DNA of 64,000 nt from NCBI GenBank assembly GCA_965222225.1, contig CBDCTK010000002.1:2528001-2592000 (forward strand). The letters run 5' to 3'. A model generated the notes under the pieces. It was not told the origin of the DNA. It ran no database searches and was given only the letters and a program-made list of their open reading frames with translations. Origin of the DNA: Candidatus Poribacteria bacterium (GTDB lineage: Bacteria; Poribacteria; WGA-4E; JAJDTR01). Below are positions 61,302 to 64,000 of this stretch, piece after piece (the stretch's first letter is position 1; every line of letters begins with the position of its first letter). Position numbers and translations under genes: made by a program.

Positions 61302-62262
61302 TTACACTGAGTCTTCTTCCATCTTGTCCTTTTCAGGATCATACAAACGGTACTTTCCCCTTGCTATTTTCCAGTACCTATCCTCGGTGCGGGAATAATG
61401 ACGGCGTGAACAACTATTGACACACCCCGCTGCTATCTCCGGATTTAAGTTTCTCATGTTAAAATTAGGATTCGTTTCTAAGATGGTTCGTTTAAGATCT
61501 TTCATGGCAAATTCGATGCCCGTATCCCCGCCTGTAAATTCGCGTACCGCGTCCCATACCTCCTGTTTTACCGGTGTATCGCCCGACCATCGTGGAGGAA
61601 GTGGAGGACGTTGTTGCTGGGCGCTAGGGGCGGCGAATCCTTCATCTCCAACCTTTGTTTCCGTATTGACGAGGACTTCACCAGACTCCGTTTCAAAGGT
61701 GGAAACATCTATGCAGCTGACATCCATACCGTGTGAAGTTCGGAGAAATCGGCAAACACCCGCGACTCGCGATGGAATTTCTTCCGCAACTATGAACAGA
61801 CGCAAACGCTGTTTGAGTTCTGGAAGTTTGTCGGTTTTAGGCATGTCAAATAGATCCCTGAAGGCATCATCGAAAGTTTTTCCTTGGAGCCCGTCGCGAG
61901 TTTCAAAGTAAGCTTCAGCTATCTCGCGAATCTGGGATTGTGAAAGTCCATCTACCCATGCTGCGTAATCAAGGAGTTGTGCTATTATGTCGCGGGGGGT
62001 ACGACCCTTTTTCAGTTCAGCCACGACGAGGTTCCCTTCAGCATCAACCCCAAGTAGGTCAGAATAGATGGTCCCGTCTTCATCTTTAGCACTCGTGCCT
62101 GCCAATCCAGAGAATGTGTTCATCTTGGACGAGTGCCACTGGACTGTTTTCGAGCCAATCCTCCAGATAGCGTTCAAGTTCAAGGTTTGTTCCTTTCGCA
62201 ATAACGAGTGCCGCTTTGGACATATCGTCACCTTCCAATTTTTCTAATCTAAAAATAGCCAT
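61302..62262 (-). pseudogene. NucS/DUF91-like PD-(D/E)XK endonuclease, frameshifted near 62095
   Basis: LERYLEDWLENSP...IGR, then DLLGVDAEGNLVVAELKKG...AQLLDYAAW. Confidence 0.8.
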
Positions 62263-62514
62263 TGTTCTTCCTCGGTTCTCCATGATACCGATAATAGTTA
62301 AGCATTTGTTGTTCCCAAAACTATTGATGTGGTAAAAGCAGGTTGTTTTGGTATCCCCGCACACCCTGCAAAGCGGGGTTCAAAGAAAGGAATAACCCGA
62401 CGGACCGCTTGGCGGACAGACGCACAGGAGCACTGACTTCCCACCTGCCCGTTAAATCAGCGTGCGGGGACTGGAACAAGATGGTATGTTGAGATTCCTT
62501 CAACCCAACCTGCA

Positions 62515-63447
62515 CTACTGCGATATTGCCAATAGCACCGCTCCGTAAGCGGGTTCGCGCTTGGGGAGGCAGACACGCGCATCCGGCGCGAGATTCTGAA
62601 GACGGTTGCGCAACGACGCGACGAAGGTCGGCTGATGCGTGAAAATCCCGCCACTGAGCACCAGATTAAACGGCTGACCAAATCCCAGCTTTTCTATCAC
62701 AACGCGAGCGGCGAGCGTCAGTTCATCGGCAGCTTCATCAAGAATCTGTCCCGCGACGGGATCGTTCGCAGCCGCGGCGTCGAACACCACCCCCGCGAGC
62801 TGCGCCACCTTGTCTTTACTGACGGAATGGATCCAGGGGATGAGATTTCTAGGTTGCGAAAATCCAAGCGCATCAAGCATCAGAGAGGAGAGAGGTGTGG
62901 GAACCCCGCGTCCGTCAGCGGCGCGTGCGACGGCTTGAAGTGCACGCCGGGCGATGTCGTAGCCGCTGCCCTCGTCGCCGAGAAGATGCCCCCAGCCGCC
63001 GGCTTGCGCTTCATGCCCCGCGGCGTCTATCCCGTACACAATGGATCCGGTGCCAGCGATAATGATGACGCCCGACAACTCTTCCGCACCTCCGACGAGT
63101 GCAATCTGCGCGTCGTGCGTGAGAATACGGTTCTCGGGGATCCCGATTTCGTCGCAGATTCGTCCAATAACCTTTTTATCCGCCGAGGACGAGACCCCCG
63201 CAAGCCCCAAGCAGTACGCGCACGACTCCAACGCAGCGTTTGCATCCGCTATCAACCGTGAGACGACATCAGAAAGAACCTGTTTCGTTTGCTCCTCTCC
63301 GACGGCATGATAGTTTGATGCACCGGACTCCGCCTTGGCGATTATGTGCCCGGCTTGGTCGGCAAGCAATCCGGTCGTTGTTGTGCCACCGCCATCAATG
63401 CCGATAAAGAATCCCGGATGAGAAGGGGACTGAAGGTTGTTAGTCAA
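62515..63447 (-). CDS. BadF-type N-acetylglucosamine/N-acetylmuramate kinase
   Basis: IGIDGGGT, IAGTGS, GGWGHLLGDEGSG; close to murQ. Confidence 0.92.
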   Translation of the reverse strand: MTNNLQSPSHPGFFIGIDGGGTTTTGLLADQAGHIIAKAESGASNYHAVGEEQTKQVLSDVVSRLIADANAALESCAYCLGLAGVSSSADKKVIGRICDEIGIPENRILTHDAQIALVGGAEELSGVIIIAGTGSIVYGIDAAGHEAQAGGWGHLLGDEGSGYDIARRALQAVARAADGRGVPTPLSSLMLDALGFSQPRNLIPWIHSVSKDKVAQLAGVVFDAAAANDPVAGQILDEAADELTLAARVVIEKLGFGQPFNLVLSGGIFTHQPTFVASLRNRLQNLAPDARVCLPKREPAYGAVLLAISQ

Positions 63448-63504
63448 AGTCTGTGCTCTTTTGGAGTGTCCTCAACGCCTTAGGACGAACGACGACATAT
63501 TTTT

Positions 63505-63954
63505 TTAGTACGGGACATCCCCTCCGTAAGGTATCATATTAATCGGATGCCATGACGCTTGGTTCATGTGACGCAATAGTAGCATGAGGAATAATGACCA
63601 CGGTTCCTTAGCCCGATAACTACACAAATTGCTCCCATGTCTAGGAAGCAAGTCTACAGATTTATTTGGAGGTATGCCGTTTATCAATTCGCCTGCGACA
63701 TTGAGTAGTATGTTACGACCGCCGGTTGCTTCTAATGCGATTATCGTATCAACTCTCTTATGTACGGGCAGTTTCTTGCCAACTACTATTTCGTTAAATT
63801 TGGATTGCAGGCTTTTGCCTTCAACACTTTTTACGGCGATACAGAAAAAAATTGACTGCCAGTGATGGTGGTCACATCCAAATAGAGAAAATTTTGTCAT
63901 TTTTGGGCCAGGTTGTTCAATATAGGCTTGCCTACATAGTTTTTTGTAACTCAA
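63505..63954 (-). CDS. Hypothetical protein (low GC, possibly partial)
   Basis: ORF only; no recognised motif. Confidence 0.3.
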   Translation of the reverse strand: MSYKKLCRQAYIEQPGPKMTKFSLFGCDHHHWQSIFFCIAVKSVEGKSLQSKFNEIVVGKKLPVHKRVDTIIALEATGGRNILLNVAGELINGIPPNKSVDLLPRHGSNLCSYRAKEPWSLFLMLLLRHMNQASWHPINMIPYGGDVPY

Positions 63955-64000
63955 GCATTTCTCGAAGCTATCTACGAGTTCGGATGCATTTAGCGTAGTT

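Noticed and set aside
658-63310. Numerous antisense and overlapping ORFs in the track
   Set aside because: They are shadow frames of well-supported genes.
63468-63498. GTCCTCAACGCCTTAGGACG, similar to some CRISPR repeats
   Set aside because: Single copy with no array.

Overview
A highly mosaic bacterial window. Its gene content resembles Candidatus Poribacteria-type sponge symbionts (inferred from gene families only): eight PhyH-family 2-oxoglutarate/Fe(II) dioxygenase genes or remnants, LamG proteins, FG-GAP proteins with FlgD/T9SS-like C-terminal domains, a sulfatase, glycoside hydrolases, an ankyrin protein and many oxidoreductases. Many genes are truncated or frameshifted by a dense layer of mobile DNA: IS630, IS701-like, IS1-family and ISKra4-like remnants, a Tn3-type resolvase and MITE, a RAYT, REP hairpins, several MITE families, two solo attC sites and three group II intron RNAs. 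The most unusual signals are (1) a ~35-bp micro-element (GGGATCTCTATCGCACTCACTATCCGTTCGCTTGAT) at eight loci, found inside REP hairpins and inside itself at a fixed position, and (2) two diverged ORF-less group II mini-introns with a non-canonical CC/CU 3' end supported by gamma-gamma' covariation. All calls are by eye. Some frameshifts may be sequencing errors.
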